Below are positions 25,746 through 38,930 of a stretch of 64,000 nucleotides of DNA, in pieces; position 1 is the first letter of the stretch; each line of letters starts with the position of its first letter. The notes beneath the pieces are model-generated. The model ran no database searches. It was not told the DNA's origin and was given only the letters and a program-made list of their open reading frames with translations. The stretch comes from Geosiphon pyriformis uo1. Its lineage: Eukaryota > Fungi > Glomeromycota. The DNA lies in assembly GCA_016748015.1 (NCBI GenBank), contig JAAOMT010000352.1, forward strand, positions 310,001 through 374,000, in the 5' to 3' direction. The translations under genes and the position numbers were made by a program.

Positions 25746-28700
25746 ATACTATTATGTTATTCAAATAGACCAAAACAAAGTTTTTTTTACTGATTCAAAT
25801 ACTTTGTTCATTAGGCATTAAAAGATAAAAGAAGCATTGGTGAGACCAAAAGGCATAACTGTGAATTCATAAATGTCATATTTGGTAGTAAAAACAGTTT
25901 TTTTTCTACTTTCTGAATTTATTTTTATTTGCTAGAATTCAACAGTTAAGTCAATGATTAAAAAAAAAGCAGCACCATTGAATTTGTCTAATATTGTATA
26001 AATTTTGAAGAGTAAGTACTTGTCTCTTATAGTAATGATATTTAATTGATAATAGTTAATAGAAAAGTGTAGGGTTTTATCTTTCTTGGATACCACCACA
26101 ACTGGGAAAGCCAATTTATTTTTGGTTTCCAAGGTTTTTTATCTGGTTTATTTCTTTCTTAATAAACTTATTATTGTATTAATTGGATTGATAAAGCTTC
26201 AAATAAATGGAACAAGTTTCTTTAGTGGTAATAGTGTATTGTATTACATAGATTTGTTCAAAGATATTATTTTTTTTTAAGATAACTGAGCTATTTATAG
26301 CCAACAGTTTTTTAATGTCTACTTTTTTTTCTTCAAAGAAGAGTTTTCTTTGTTTTATTGTAAGTAATTAAATTTCAGGTGGTTCACTTTCAAAAAACTT
26401 TTGTACTTCTCTTAATTTTTCTCTTGGTATTAGGTTAATGGATTCCCAATCTTTATAGTAGATTAGACAGAATTTGCATTTATTACTAAGAGAATATAAA
26501 AGTTTATTACACCAGTACTGAACACAAGAGCCATATCATCAATAACTGTATTTTGCTTTCTTACCAGGCTTTTTATCAAAAATTTTTCTGAGGATATTAT
26601 AGTAAGATCAGCAGATCAGCTTGTTATTTACAATAATTTTTTCTTTGTTAGCTTTGATATTATCTAGTGACTTGTTATTGCTGGTAAAAATGGTATAGAC
26701 AAGTTCAACAGTTTTCTTTTATTCTTTTTAATCTTCTTTTTTATTGCTCTCATTATTATCTGATTTATCTAATTGCTTATCTTCTTGATTTTGCTTGGGT
26801 ACTGGAAAAACTGTCCAATAATAGCACTTAACCACAATGGACTTCTCATCATATCTGATGGTTAGTTTACAAAGTTTATAGTGAAATAATGCTTTGGCTT
26901 TCTTGAGTCACTTATTGCCAACAATTATAGTGTACTTTTTTGCTTTAGATACTTCTATGTCAGTTTTAATGCTGATGCCATTGATGCAAACAGGAACAGC
27001 TTTGGCTATGTCCAAGTCTTTTTTCTTGTCACCATGTACATTGGTTATAGGCCAGATAGAAAGTTCATCAATCTTTCTTCTAATGGCTTCCAGAAAGTGT
27101 TTGGCAATTACACTAACAGATGATTTACTGTCTAAGATCAAATCAATAAAATAACCAGCCACTTGGGCTTTGCAAATAAGAGGGATAATATTGCTGTTGT
27201 TAGCAAGTTCAGCTTAGTGAAAGTGCTTGTTGGTTTTTGGTGTTTTTTTCTTTGGAATTAATGATTTGTGAAAATTTTTTCTGAACTGTGAATGAGTTAT
27301 TAGTTGGCCAAATGTAATGTGTACTGGAGTTTCCATGAGATCTTTAATAATAGAATAGAAACCAGATTTTTGTACTATTTCTGGGAGTTTCAACTTTAGA
27401 AAAGTTTTAAAAACTTTAGTTTTTGGTGGTTTATTGTTATTAACAGTTGATATGAATGCTTTGTTTGGGTCCAGAACGAAATCAACATTGGTTTTTTTTT
27501 TTTTTCTTGTTAATTCAGAGATATTGATTGCTAGTTTATCCATATTATAGTCATCATTAGTTAGATTAAAAGTATAAAATGGGTTTTCTTTTGGTTGGCT
27601 TGTACTTTTATCCTTTGGAGGTGTGTTTACCAGTTTAAAGACTGATAAACAATAGCTTTAACTAGGGGATTCTTTCCAAAGAAATTAATGTTAATATAAT
27701 TAAGTCTTTGATTGGGAGCATTGTTGTTGTTAGTTTTGTTGTTTTGGTTATTATTATTTCTAAAAGCTGGAAGAGACAAAAGAAAATTGTTGTAATCTTT
27801 GGAAAAATGTCTAATTAGTCCACAGTGATAATACACAGGTGGACCATAATTTTGTTGTCTTTGATAAGAGAATTGCTGAGACTGATTAAAATGGAGTTCA
27901 AATCTGAGTTTTTGGGGTTGTTGCTTCTCTCTAATTGCTTGGGCTAAGAGTTTTAGTAACCAAACAAGATTAGCTGTAAGTCTATCTATCAACTATTGGG
28001 TTTTGAGTTTGAACAGCAAAAAAAGTAGCAGCCATTTGGAGAGCAGGAACCATAACAGAAGCAGGAGCAAAAACTAAAAGTGTGGATTTTAGGTGCATTC
28101 TTTGATTGTCTTTTATTCTCTAAACAAGTTCAATAGTTATATTCATTGTGGAATTGTCTTTTAGGACCAGAAAAGACCAAAAAGCATATAAAAAATCAGT
28201 TTTCAATTCTTTTGTAAAAGAGTAAATTTTCTGCTCTTCTGTTTAGTTTCTTTCAGAGTTTACTCACTTGATTAACTTTTTGATTGCTTTCTAATTCCAT
28301 GTGCTATTTGGATATCAAGATAAGAGTTCTAAATTTCATTTTAAACTGAATAGTAAAAAAGATGTTTTTTCCAGTATTTGCTGGTGTTCATTTAATAATT
28401 TTATGTTAAGTATTGGCATTGTTTTTTGTGAGAACCAAGTAGCAGAAGAGTCTTGAAGATAATCACAAATAATTTAAAACTTGTATTCATTATCATATTA
28501 GTTAACTGTGGTAGCTCTTTCAAAGTTATCCAACTATTCAATTAGATCTTGTGCATTACTTCTAAATAATAGTAATAAGGTATTGTTTCTTTACTTCAAA
28601 GCAGTTTGTATGTCTTGAAAGGTAATCTGCATAGAGTCATTAGCCATTGGTTCAGAAATAACTATTTGTGTAGAATGTTCTGATTTACTTGAAAAAAAAT

Positions 28701-29877
28701 CAAAAACAAGAGTGGTTTAATAACTTTTTTCTTCTGTTTCAAAAAGTGTTTTAGCTAGTTAATAAACAGCAATTCAAATATAAACTTGGTGATTTAGGTA
28801 TTTAAAATTAAGAGGCTGTTGTTTAAATGTTGTGAAATATAAAAGCTAATTGATGCTATTGTTTCTTTCTTCAAAGTTGTCTTTAAAATAAGCTTGGTCA
28901 AAATAATAAGTTGTATAGTCTGTGTAAGTTTTAGCTAAATGTTCATTCAAGAACCAGTTCCAAAAGTCTTGGAATTGTTTATTAGATTGTTTTTCAATGG
29001 GAAAGCAAATCAAGCAGAAGAGCAAAGAATTAAGTTTAATAAAATCTAGATTGTTTTTGTTGTGTGCTTCAAAGTATTCTTCTAATTATTATGACAGATA
29101 TGAATAATCACCCATACAATAAGAAACAAAGTGAATTTTAACAATCTCACAGGGAGTACTACTTTTATGTTATGAGTTAAAGTAACAAGTTAATGGATAG
29201 TAAAGGAGAACAGAATTGTAGAGTGATAAAAGGAACCAAAGAGAATTCAACTTCAAAAAGCGAATTGAATAAGTATGGATTCAATATGTGAGATCAGTTT
29301 CATAAAATATCTTAGTTGCTATACTTTTCAAAAGATAACCAGAGAATCTGAAGATAGAAAGATAATTCATACTGTTAACAAATAATTACACACTGGTATA
29401 ATTCTATGTCTTACATTGGCATTCTTAGAATTCAATATCAGATATTAGATATTAAATATATTCTTTAGTCATGTTTTATTTAATAATCTTCAAATGCTAC
29501 AATTACATGTTTCAGGAAAAGGTAGGAAATAACCAACAAAAAATCTTTTATCTTAAGATGTTTGAATACTTAAAAGTAAAAAAAAGAAAATTAGCAATAA
29601 GAAAAAGATTGAGATGAAAGTTGTTATTTTATTTATTTTATTTTCTTGATTTTTGACATGTATTTTTACAGTTAAGAGATTTATTGCTTATATAGTTATC
29701 AAAAGTACTCAATGATCAGATTAACAACTAAGTCAATAATCAAATCAATAATCAGATCAATGATCAGGTCATTGATCAAGTCAATAATTACTATCTAAAA
29801 ATAGAGTGGCTAATTATTTAATATTAGTAACTAATACATGTAATAATTAATAAAAAAAATAAATTTTAACTATAACA
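25746..29877 (-). mobile_element. Family A copy A00, 5' half (LTR, PBS, gag, PR, RT N-terminus); host of A0
   Basis: RT breaks just after the YLDD-equivalent at 25746; LTR 29168-29877; PBS ~29143-29167. Confidence 0.88.
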
Positions 29878-30019
29878 ATAGTAATTAGATCTTAAATAGT
29901 TTGTTTTTAAAGAACTTTTGTACTTTTTTGATTTTTTTTTTGGGTATTAGACTAATAGATTTTCAATTCTTGTAATAGATTAGACAGAATTTGCATTTAT
30001 TACTGAAAAAATACAATGG
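29878..30019 (-). mobile_element. Fragment of an older family A copy (A000), PR-RT spacer; host of A00
   Basis: Aligns to 21131-21270 and to the complement of ~4960-5100. Confidence 0.75.
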
Positions 30020-32004
30020 CTTAAATTGCTACTACATAATTTACTATGTCTCAAATTTGGAAAATAAGTTTTTTGCAAAGACACTTTTAATTATAATAAA
30101 TTACTATTATTACAACAAACTTAAAAGTATCTAATATTAATACCAACAGTAAAATAACAACAGTTATGCAAAGAAGTACAAATAAAAAAACTATTAACTG
30201 TAAAAACCAAGTAGAGGGAAACATAACTTCCATTACAAGAAAAGAAGTAAATATTACAATTATACAAAATTTAACAACAATAGAAACTATAAAACCTATT
30301 ACACTTACATTTAGATTTAAAACTATTAATAGACTGTTTAGAAATATAAACACAAGTAATAGAGACAACACACCTTTTAAAATAGTTAACACATCAAAAA
30401 AAACAGCTCTACATAGGCAAACAGCAGACTTTTCTTCAATAATAGCCAACAGACTAAAAAAAAAACCAACAAAAAATACAGACACATTGGAAGAATAAGT
30501 GTAAAAAACTTAACTGAGAAATTTAACCAAGTAATTGAAAAAAACTTATCTAAAAACACAACTAATCAAACCAACAACTTTGTTTTGTAATCAATGTTTA
30601 ACAAAAAAAAAAATAGTAATAAATTCCAAATAAAACCATTTCTATGATCCACCAAAAAACTCTTTCTCTCCTATTTTTTATGACCACAACAAGAGCTAAG
30701 AGTAAAAAAGTTGCAAATATTATTTTTCCTATAGTAACTAATAAAGTTTCAACATGAAAAAGTTTTTCTGTTATTAAAGCAGCTAAACAAAACATTCTGG
30801 ATATATTTTCTTTAAAAAACATTAATGAAAAGCTGTCTTTAGTGACTTCTGGTTCATTCTCTTTACCTTTGGCTAAAAGTTCTTTTTCTGTCAAAGTTTT
30901 TTCAAAAAAACACACTCAGATTAGTTCCAGTATTGTCTCCATTACTTTAAAAAGCCCAAAGATTTTTAATAACAAACCAGTCAACAAGTTGGTTTTTTCT
31001 GCTCTCACTACTCTCACTACTATTACTACTACTACTACTATTACTTTACAAATGGCTTAAAAAGCCAAAAAGTCCAAAAAATAGCAGCAGGCACTCACAA
31101 CTGCTTTGGTAACACCAAATCCCAGATGAGATTTTGGAAAAAAATTTTTATAGCAGCAGTTAGCCTGCTTCCTAATATGAATAATAACAGTAACAGCACA
31201 TTATTTAAAATGAAACAAGATCATCCACTGGCTGTGTTGCCTAATGTGATATTTTCTGACAGATCATTATCTGTCATAAAAGCAAAACAATTCATTATTT
31301 TAGATGATTTCAAAGATTGGGCTGATCAGATGGAAATGAAATTAACTGCTCTTCTTCTAGTTTTTGGTACTGCTGATAATAATGCTTGGATAAATCTGAA
31401 TTGTCATTAAAAATTCTTTGAATAGATGGCTTTTACTTTAATGTTTGGTGCAATATGTAAAATCAAAATGGCTTTGCTTAGTTTTTTGTTTCAGTTACTG
31501 CCTAGTTGCATTGGGCTTAAGTCTGTTTCACGAGATGCTGTCAAGTTGTTCTGTGTGAAATTTGCATCTCAGAAGAGTCTAAATAGTGTCATCAAAGTGG
31601 CTATTAATAATGAAGTTTTTTTAACCACTCTTAAAATTGCACAGTCTTCTGGTGTAGTCTTTGTTTCTTCTCCCTCTTTGTTATTTGCATTTTGTAATAT
31701 ATCTTTGGGTACTTTTTCTGATGACATCAAAGCTGTTCTTGGCATTTTTAGTATTATCACTTTTGTTAAGTTGAAGCCTGCTAGTCTATGGCAATATGTT
31801 GTGGTTCAATTCAAAAATATTTTTTCTGCTGCTCTTACTTACTGGTCTGTTCTGGTTAAGAAAGACAATATTAAAATTCTTTTTGTTGTCAACCAAAATG
31901 AAGTTATTTCTATAAGAAATGTTTTTAAAACTAAGTTGATCAATCTTTTTTTTGGCTGTACTGCCTTTGAAATAAGTAATTTGGTTTTTCAAGTTGGTAG
32001 CCAT

Positions 32005-32780
32005 TGTTACTTATAAAATATAGAAAATATATTAATATATAAATTAGCCAATCAGAAGTAAGCATAGTAAATGTGGAATTCCAGGATTCTCATATAAAGA
32101 ATTACAGAATTTCAAGATTCCAGAATTTCTGGTGTGAAGAATTGAAGAATTGAGGAATCTTAATTATATATATAACAGTAGTATTAAAAGCAGAAAAAAA
32201 AATTCCTTAGTTAGAGATCTTTCAGTTTAGATTTGATCTAAACAATCTTTCACATTACAATTATTAATAAATAACTATTTGTTATCTTAATCTACTCTCC
32301 ACTATTAACACTACATGTTGATAATAATTGCTACTTAACTACACTAGAACAATAGTTCTTGATTATGGCTATTGATGGGATACTAATTTACAAAATGCCT
32401 TGGCTTATTTTATTTTTTTTATTTTTTTTATTTTTTTTTTATTTTTTTGTTGTGTTTACTAATTGATTAAAGATTAAGTACTGAATTACTAATGTCAAAG
32501 ATTGTCTGGTAAAAGACTCCTACAAATGGGTAGAACACATAAAAAGAATTACGGATTACTTACCAGAGGATTGCTGGCCATTATGCTGAGAAAAGAATTA
32601 ACAGAATTGTGATTCTGGGAAGCTATGGATAACAACTATTAAATCTTTGTCTATTATATAAAAGACTCCACCAAAACCTTCAGAGTTATAACACTTCCAG
32701 CAACCAATATTAATTAAGTCATTGAGCACCAGATTACAGATTTGTATTTGATTTGAAATTCCAAATAATCACTTGTAACA
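32005..32780 (+). repeat. 5' LTR of C (776 bp)
   Basis: TGTTAC...GTAACA; GGAATTCC-type repeats at ~32071-32160; TATA at ~32165. Confidence 0.95.
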
Positions 32781-32801
32781 TTTGGTGCTCTCTGTGAGGT
32801 A

Positions 32802-35800
32802 TAATCCTACAGAGAACCAGCATCAACAGCAATCATCCAAAAGTGGCAGAACTAGAAAACATAGAAGCAAACCATTTAGGATTCACCAAATTCTTGTTTT
32901 AACAGTACAGCCAACAATTAGGATTAAACAATAACCATTTTCCAGTGGAATTAGCCTTCAACTTCTATATCAATAATAAAATCACAGACTGCTTAGGAGG
33001 AACAGTTAATATTGAATCAGCAAGAAAAAACTTTTATACAGAATTATTTCAACACATCAGCTTACCAAGAAACTACAGTTTCGCACCAATCATCAAAGAA
33101 ATCAACCAAATCATTAAAAGATACACTCAACAACAATTCCCTATTACCTATGCAGACAAAAGCAAAGGAAGGTTACAAACACCAGCAGTAATGCTTAAAG
33201 AAATACAACTACCAACTTGGAAGAAAACAAGAATAAAATCACCAACAAATCCATCATACCATTATACATCAAGAAGTGCCATCAACATTACATCAACAAG
33301 TGCATTCACAACAACTATGACATCAATATTTGGATGATTCTCATTTCAGAGTAAACAAAAAAAGAAGATCTTCTAGAACCATATGGCATGTATTTTGAAG
33401 AATTTAAGTCACAATTGCCAATCCTATCAGGACTTTAATCCCCACCACCCCAACCAGATTTCGGAACCACAAATCCTTGGGAAATAATGGAATTGAAAAG
33501 AAAACAGAAAAAAGAGGAAAAAAAATTTGAAGATCAAGAATTTACTTACCAGAACCTAATTTCCAAAAACCCAGAAGTTAAAATTCCGAACCTTCAAACT
33601 TAGCAAAATCTAAACTTGGAAAATTTGGAAATCGAAACTCCGAATATTCAAGCACTACCAAATTAGGACAATCCAAATCCCGAGTTAATTAATCAGCAAA
33701 ACTTACCTTCAGTAATTGTCATTGATCAGCCACCAGTTGAACTGATTCAACAGTAGCAAATTTAGCAACCACAAGTACCACTTTAGCAGCAGCCATTTCA
33801 ACAGCCACAACAACAGCCCAAATTAGATCCAATGGGTTACTCACTAATTGTAAAACTTGAGAAATTTACTGGCGAAGAGGACAACACCCAAGTATGGCTC
33901 AATGACATAGAAAAAGCTATCGCAGCCAATGGATAGAATAATGCCAGAGTCATGCAAGCCATTCCATACTTTCTTTAAGATACTGCCAACTCATGGTATC
34001 AAAGCTTGATTAACAAACCAGTTACCTTCGATGCATTCAAAACAGAGTTTTTGAGATACTTTAGCAACAATAATAGTATCAATTATCTGGCCAATACATT
34101 CACCACCATAAAACAAAAGGAAACTGAAGCAGTCACTACATACCTAGGATGCTTCCATAGAAATCTGTGCCAAATTCAGGCAATTCAAGCTGATTATTTT
34201 ACAGTGCCACAGATTCTAAATCAATTTATTAGAGGTTTGCACAGTAGTATTCTCCAATGCATATGTCCATTATATCCAGCAAACCTTTAAGCCATAGTTA
34301 CCAATGCCAAAAATTTTGAAGCAGCAGAATTAGAAGCCAACCATGTTCAAGTCATTAACCTAGTGATAAATGGATCATCTGAATTGGATTCCAAATTAAA
34401 GCAATTTAGTGATTCAATCAATCAGAAATTAGAGAGATATTTAGCTGACAATCACACAATTTATCAATCACCACAACAATGCAATGAATCAGGAAAATCA
34501 ATACAGAAACCCCAATTGCAGATTTCAGATTCTGAACCATTACCCAAATCAAGATCAATATCAACTCACTTATCTGCCAATGATGCAGCAGCCAATCTAT
34601 CAACCACCAGTATATCAAACTCCAATTTATCAGCCATAGCCACAAGTAATATATCAACTACAGCCACCAGTAATCTATCAACCCCAACAAATTTAAACAC
34701 CACCTCAAAACTTACCTCAAAATGGAACTTACAGGCCAAGAATAACATAGCAAAGCTGGAGATTGGTGATGGTAGTTCACCAACTGATCCCCAGTTCATT
34801 AAACCAGCCATCAAGATTATGCCAACAGAGTTCAGAGACTGGGTATACCCAAAACCCAAGTTCTCAGAACTATTTAAGTCTTCTAGTTACTCCAGAAGAT
34901 GCTGTATCTAATAACGTAGAGACCAACCAAACACAGCCACTTATCAGCAACATTCCACCAGCCACCAATACCAAAGACAAATCACTAGCCACTATATTTC
35001 CTTTTGATCTCAACAAAATTATGCCAGTTCTATTATTTAGTGGAGCCATTCTTGACACCAAACTTATTACCACCATGTATACTGACACAAAAGTTAATGG
35101 TTAACTTATTAAGCTTATTCTTGATAATGAGTCTGCAGGCAGCATAATCACATGACAACTCATAGACCAATTAGGTTGCCGAGTTGATTGTGCTGTCAGC
35201 ACCAAGATTATTATGGCTGATGGAGCTACAAAAACTCCCATTGGTGAAATCGATGACTTTTTTTTGAAGTCAATGGCATTACTGTACCAATTAAAGTCCT
35301 AGTAATAAAAGCCACTCAATACCAGGCACTTGTTGGTAATAATTGGTTGTTCAAAACAAATGCAATCCTTGATTGGACCACACAGGAGCTCTAACTAAGC
35401 CAAAACAGTTAATACACACATGTACCAGCCATATGTGATCACTTCAAAATAACTACCATGCCAGTACCACTAATTGAGCTTGAAGAAGAAAAGGAAAAAC
35501 CTATCTGGGAAGCATATCAAGTTTTGTGGACCAACAATAAGCACAACAAATTACCACTAGTGTCTTCATGAGATAACCAAGGAAAGGGAAAGCAAAGAAA
35601 AAAACCTACCTGAAATAACAATTAAACTTGAAGAACCAACAATAATCAGAACAAACTATCAACAATCTGGAAATGAAAAAAGGATAATATTAAAAAGAAA
35701 AGGAAAGAGAAAAAAGAAAATTCAATACCAACCTCCACTTACTATACATATACATACATACTACCACAACCAAACTATTGTTGATCAAAGCTTATATGCA

Positions 35801-38800
35801 TCAATTGTAGCAAGAAATTGTTGTTAATGAGCACATGCTGTGATGACAATAAGGAATACCAAATGACAACCAAGTTTTACTGTCACCCATGTATCATAAA
35901 ACATTTTGGAAGACCAAAACAAATAGGAAAATAGGATAATAAATCCTGCTTGGCTTGTAGAGAAACTCTTCTAAACAAAGAAATGTGAAATGACATTCCT
36001 GGATGAAGAAAAACATGCAACAAATCATATTAGTACATGATTCTCATAAGTAACTGAATTAGAAAAGGAACACCTATAGATGTTGTTTGGAGACAAGCAG
36101 TCAAATACTTGGATAGATGTTCCCATGATGACGATGAAATTTGGTGAATGGCTCTTGCCAAAATTGAAAGAGCATCACCAAAAAAAATAAAAAAAATAAA
36201 AAACAATCTACCAGAATCTATAGAGCTTAACTGGAACTCAGAACCAGTCATAAATCTACTGGATCTAGAACAATTTCACGAACATTATTAGGAATTAGCA
36301 TCCACTAGAGAAGAACAAAAGCAATGGTTGGAAAAAATCAACACTCGACTATGTAACCATTGTTTGATTCCTTGTGACTTTTAATATTGTAATGAATATG
36401 ATCTCATTTACAATCCACCACTATACATGATTTACACAATTCCAGAGGAAAACAAACCAATCAGCCACTGTACATCAGAATCGGGATCAACTTTCAATCC
36501 TAATTCAAACTCTGACCATGATGACAATAAAAACAACAGTTCCAGCTCTGTGCAAAATAGCAATGAAAACAACAATGATTTGAACTCCAATTCAAATCCC
36601 AAAATATATATCATGCTTTCTGATCTCACCAAGAAGCAAGTACAGAAATGGTTTAGTAATAATAACAAAAATATCATGTCTGAATGCACACATGATACTG
36701 ATGCAAGATTTGATTTAAGATATCCAGAAAAAGATGCCATCAAATTGGAACCACATTCATGCACATATATTGATCTCAAAGTAGCACTGGAAATCTCAGC
36801 AACAATAATGGTTCAATTAGCATTTAGAAATAGCTTAGCAAAAAAGGGAATCAACATCAGAAAAAGAATAATTGACACAGGATATGTAGGAAATATCATT
36901 GCTATGTTACAAAATGACTCTAAAAAAGCCTATATTATAGAACCAAATAAAAAGATAGCACAGGCAATATTTCTGCCTTTGGTAAAAATAGCTCAGTTAG
37001 TTTCAGTGGAAAATAGGAAGGAATTAGGGATTATAGCTAAAGGGATATAAGGATTTAGATCTATAGATAGAATAGATATAACAGTCAATATGGAAGAAAA
37101 AAAAATTGTTGACAAAAAAAAAATTATCTCAATTCATCAAACAATTTCTATTTCACCATATGACCAATATATGTTAGCCATAAAAAAGAAAGTAAAGAAT
37201 CAAGCTCAGTTGTTTGAAGCAAAAGCCACCATTTGTGAATCAGAAGAGATTGGACTCATTAATCTTTACATATCAGCCAAAAGCCCCAAAAACATCAAAA
37301 TTCTCATCTACAACAACACAGGAAGAGTCATAGACTTACCAAAGGAACCATTATTGAATATCTAAGCACAGAAGTAGAAAACCAACCACCAAACTCTATT
37401 TCAGACTTTTTACAGCTTTGTGGATATGTCAACATCACATCACAAACAATTTACGAATAAAGTGAATGTTATTTGCTCCAACCAAAACAATTAAAACAAA
37501 TGAATATAAGAAACTTAGATTCACTTCAATAGATACAACTCAAGATGTTACTCAACAAATTCAATAATATCTTTGTCAGCAAAAATGAATTTGGCAGAAC
37601 TGACATCATCCAGCATTAGATTAAAACTGAAGATGCAATGTCAATTAAACAAAAAGCATATAAAGTACCACCAGCCAGCCATGAGATCATTTGTCAAGAA
37701 ATCAATCAAATGCTTGACAACAGATTAATTTAACTATCAATGAATCTATGGTCATCACCAGTGGTACTAGTCCATAAGAAGAATAAAAAAATCCACTTTT
37801 GTGTGGATTACTGGAAATTGAATGAAGTGACCAAAAAAGATAGCTATCCAACACCAAAGATTCAAGAGCTGTTTGATGCTTTTGGAGAAAAGAAATGGTT
37901 CTTAACTTTAGACTTAGATAGCAGTTACTGGCAAGTAGCCATGAAACCAGAAGATAAAGAGAAGACAGCTTTTACAATACAGGAAGGAAATTTTGAGTTT
38001 AAAGTCATGCTATTTGGCTTGATGAATGCTCCAGCAACATTTCAATGACTTATGAAAATCATTTATACTAGACTACTGTGGAAATCAGTAGTTGTTTACT
38101 TAGACAACACCAATGTGTTCTCCAAAACATTCAATGATCATTTACATTATCTCTAACAAGTATTTAAAAAACTCAGAAAAGCAGGATTGAAATTAAATGC
38201 AAACAAGTGTTTCTTTGGAAAAATGGAACTTAAGTTTTTGGGACATGTTGTAAGCAAAAATGGTATCAAAACAGATTCAAATAAGATTGAGATTGTTAAG
38301 AACTTTTCAGTACCAAATAATCTCACAGAATTAAGAGCATCCTTGGAATTTGTTGGATACTATTACTGCTTTATCAAAGACTTTTCCAAAATAGCTTAGT
38401 CACTACACCAACTCCAAACAAAGAACACCAAATATGAATAAACTGAAACTCAACAAGAAGCTTTTAATACATTAAAAAAAAGCTTATTAAAGCCTCAGTA
38501 TTAATCTATCCAGATTATAGCAAGCCATTCATAATCACAACTGACATATCTAGTTAAGCATTAGGAGCAGTACTATCACAAAAAAGTCCAGATGGAAGAA
38601 AACATCCAATAGCATATGCCAGCCGAAGTTTGAGTCCAGCTGAAAAAAACTATGGAACATCAGCACTAGAACACTTAGCAATCTATTGGGCTGTTATCAA
38701 ATGGAAAGAATACTTGAATCAGAAGTTTGATGTATATACTGATCACAAAGAATTAACTTCAATCCAGAAGCAAGAATTCAGAGATGATTACTATGTCAAA

Positions 38801-38898
38801 TAGAAAATAGAACTTTTACCATTTAATTATACAGTACATTATAAAAAAAGAAAAAAAAAGGAAATGCTAATAGATTGTTACAAATGAGACAAATTTAA
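32802..38898 (+). pseudogene. C gag-pol (gag, PR, Cys-rich domain, dUTPase, RT, RNase H)
   Basis: KLEKFTGEEDNTQVWLND capsid; LILDNESAGS protease; WSSPVVLV..FCVDY..LN and VYLDNT RT; HPIAYASRSL RNase H; TAA at 38896-38898. Confidence 0.9.
36637..37072 (+). other. dUTPase domain within C pol
   Basis: DARFDL, AFRNSLAKKG, IIDTGYVGNI, KIAQAIF and GI*GFRS motifs. Confidence 0.9.
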
Positions 38899-38930
38899 AA
38901 ACATTTCAAACTCAAAAATATAACAAAAAG

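Noticed and set aside
30590-30613. ATGTTTAAC-A(n) resembling the element 3' end at 42877-42894 as a terminal repeat
   Set aside because: Similarity is limited to ~9 nt plus an A-run, and the flanks do not align.
35790-37072. Endogenous caulimovirid (badnavirus-like Cys region plus dUTPase)
   Set aside because: The element has LTRs, a TSD, a PBS/PPT and an integrase, and no movement protein.
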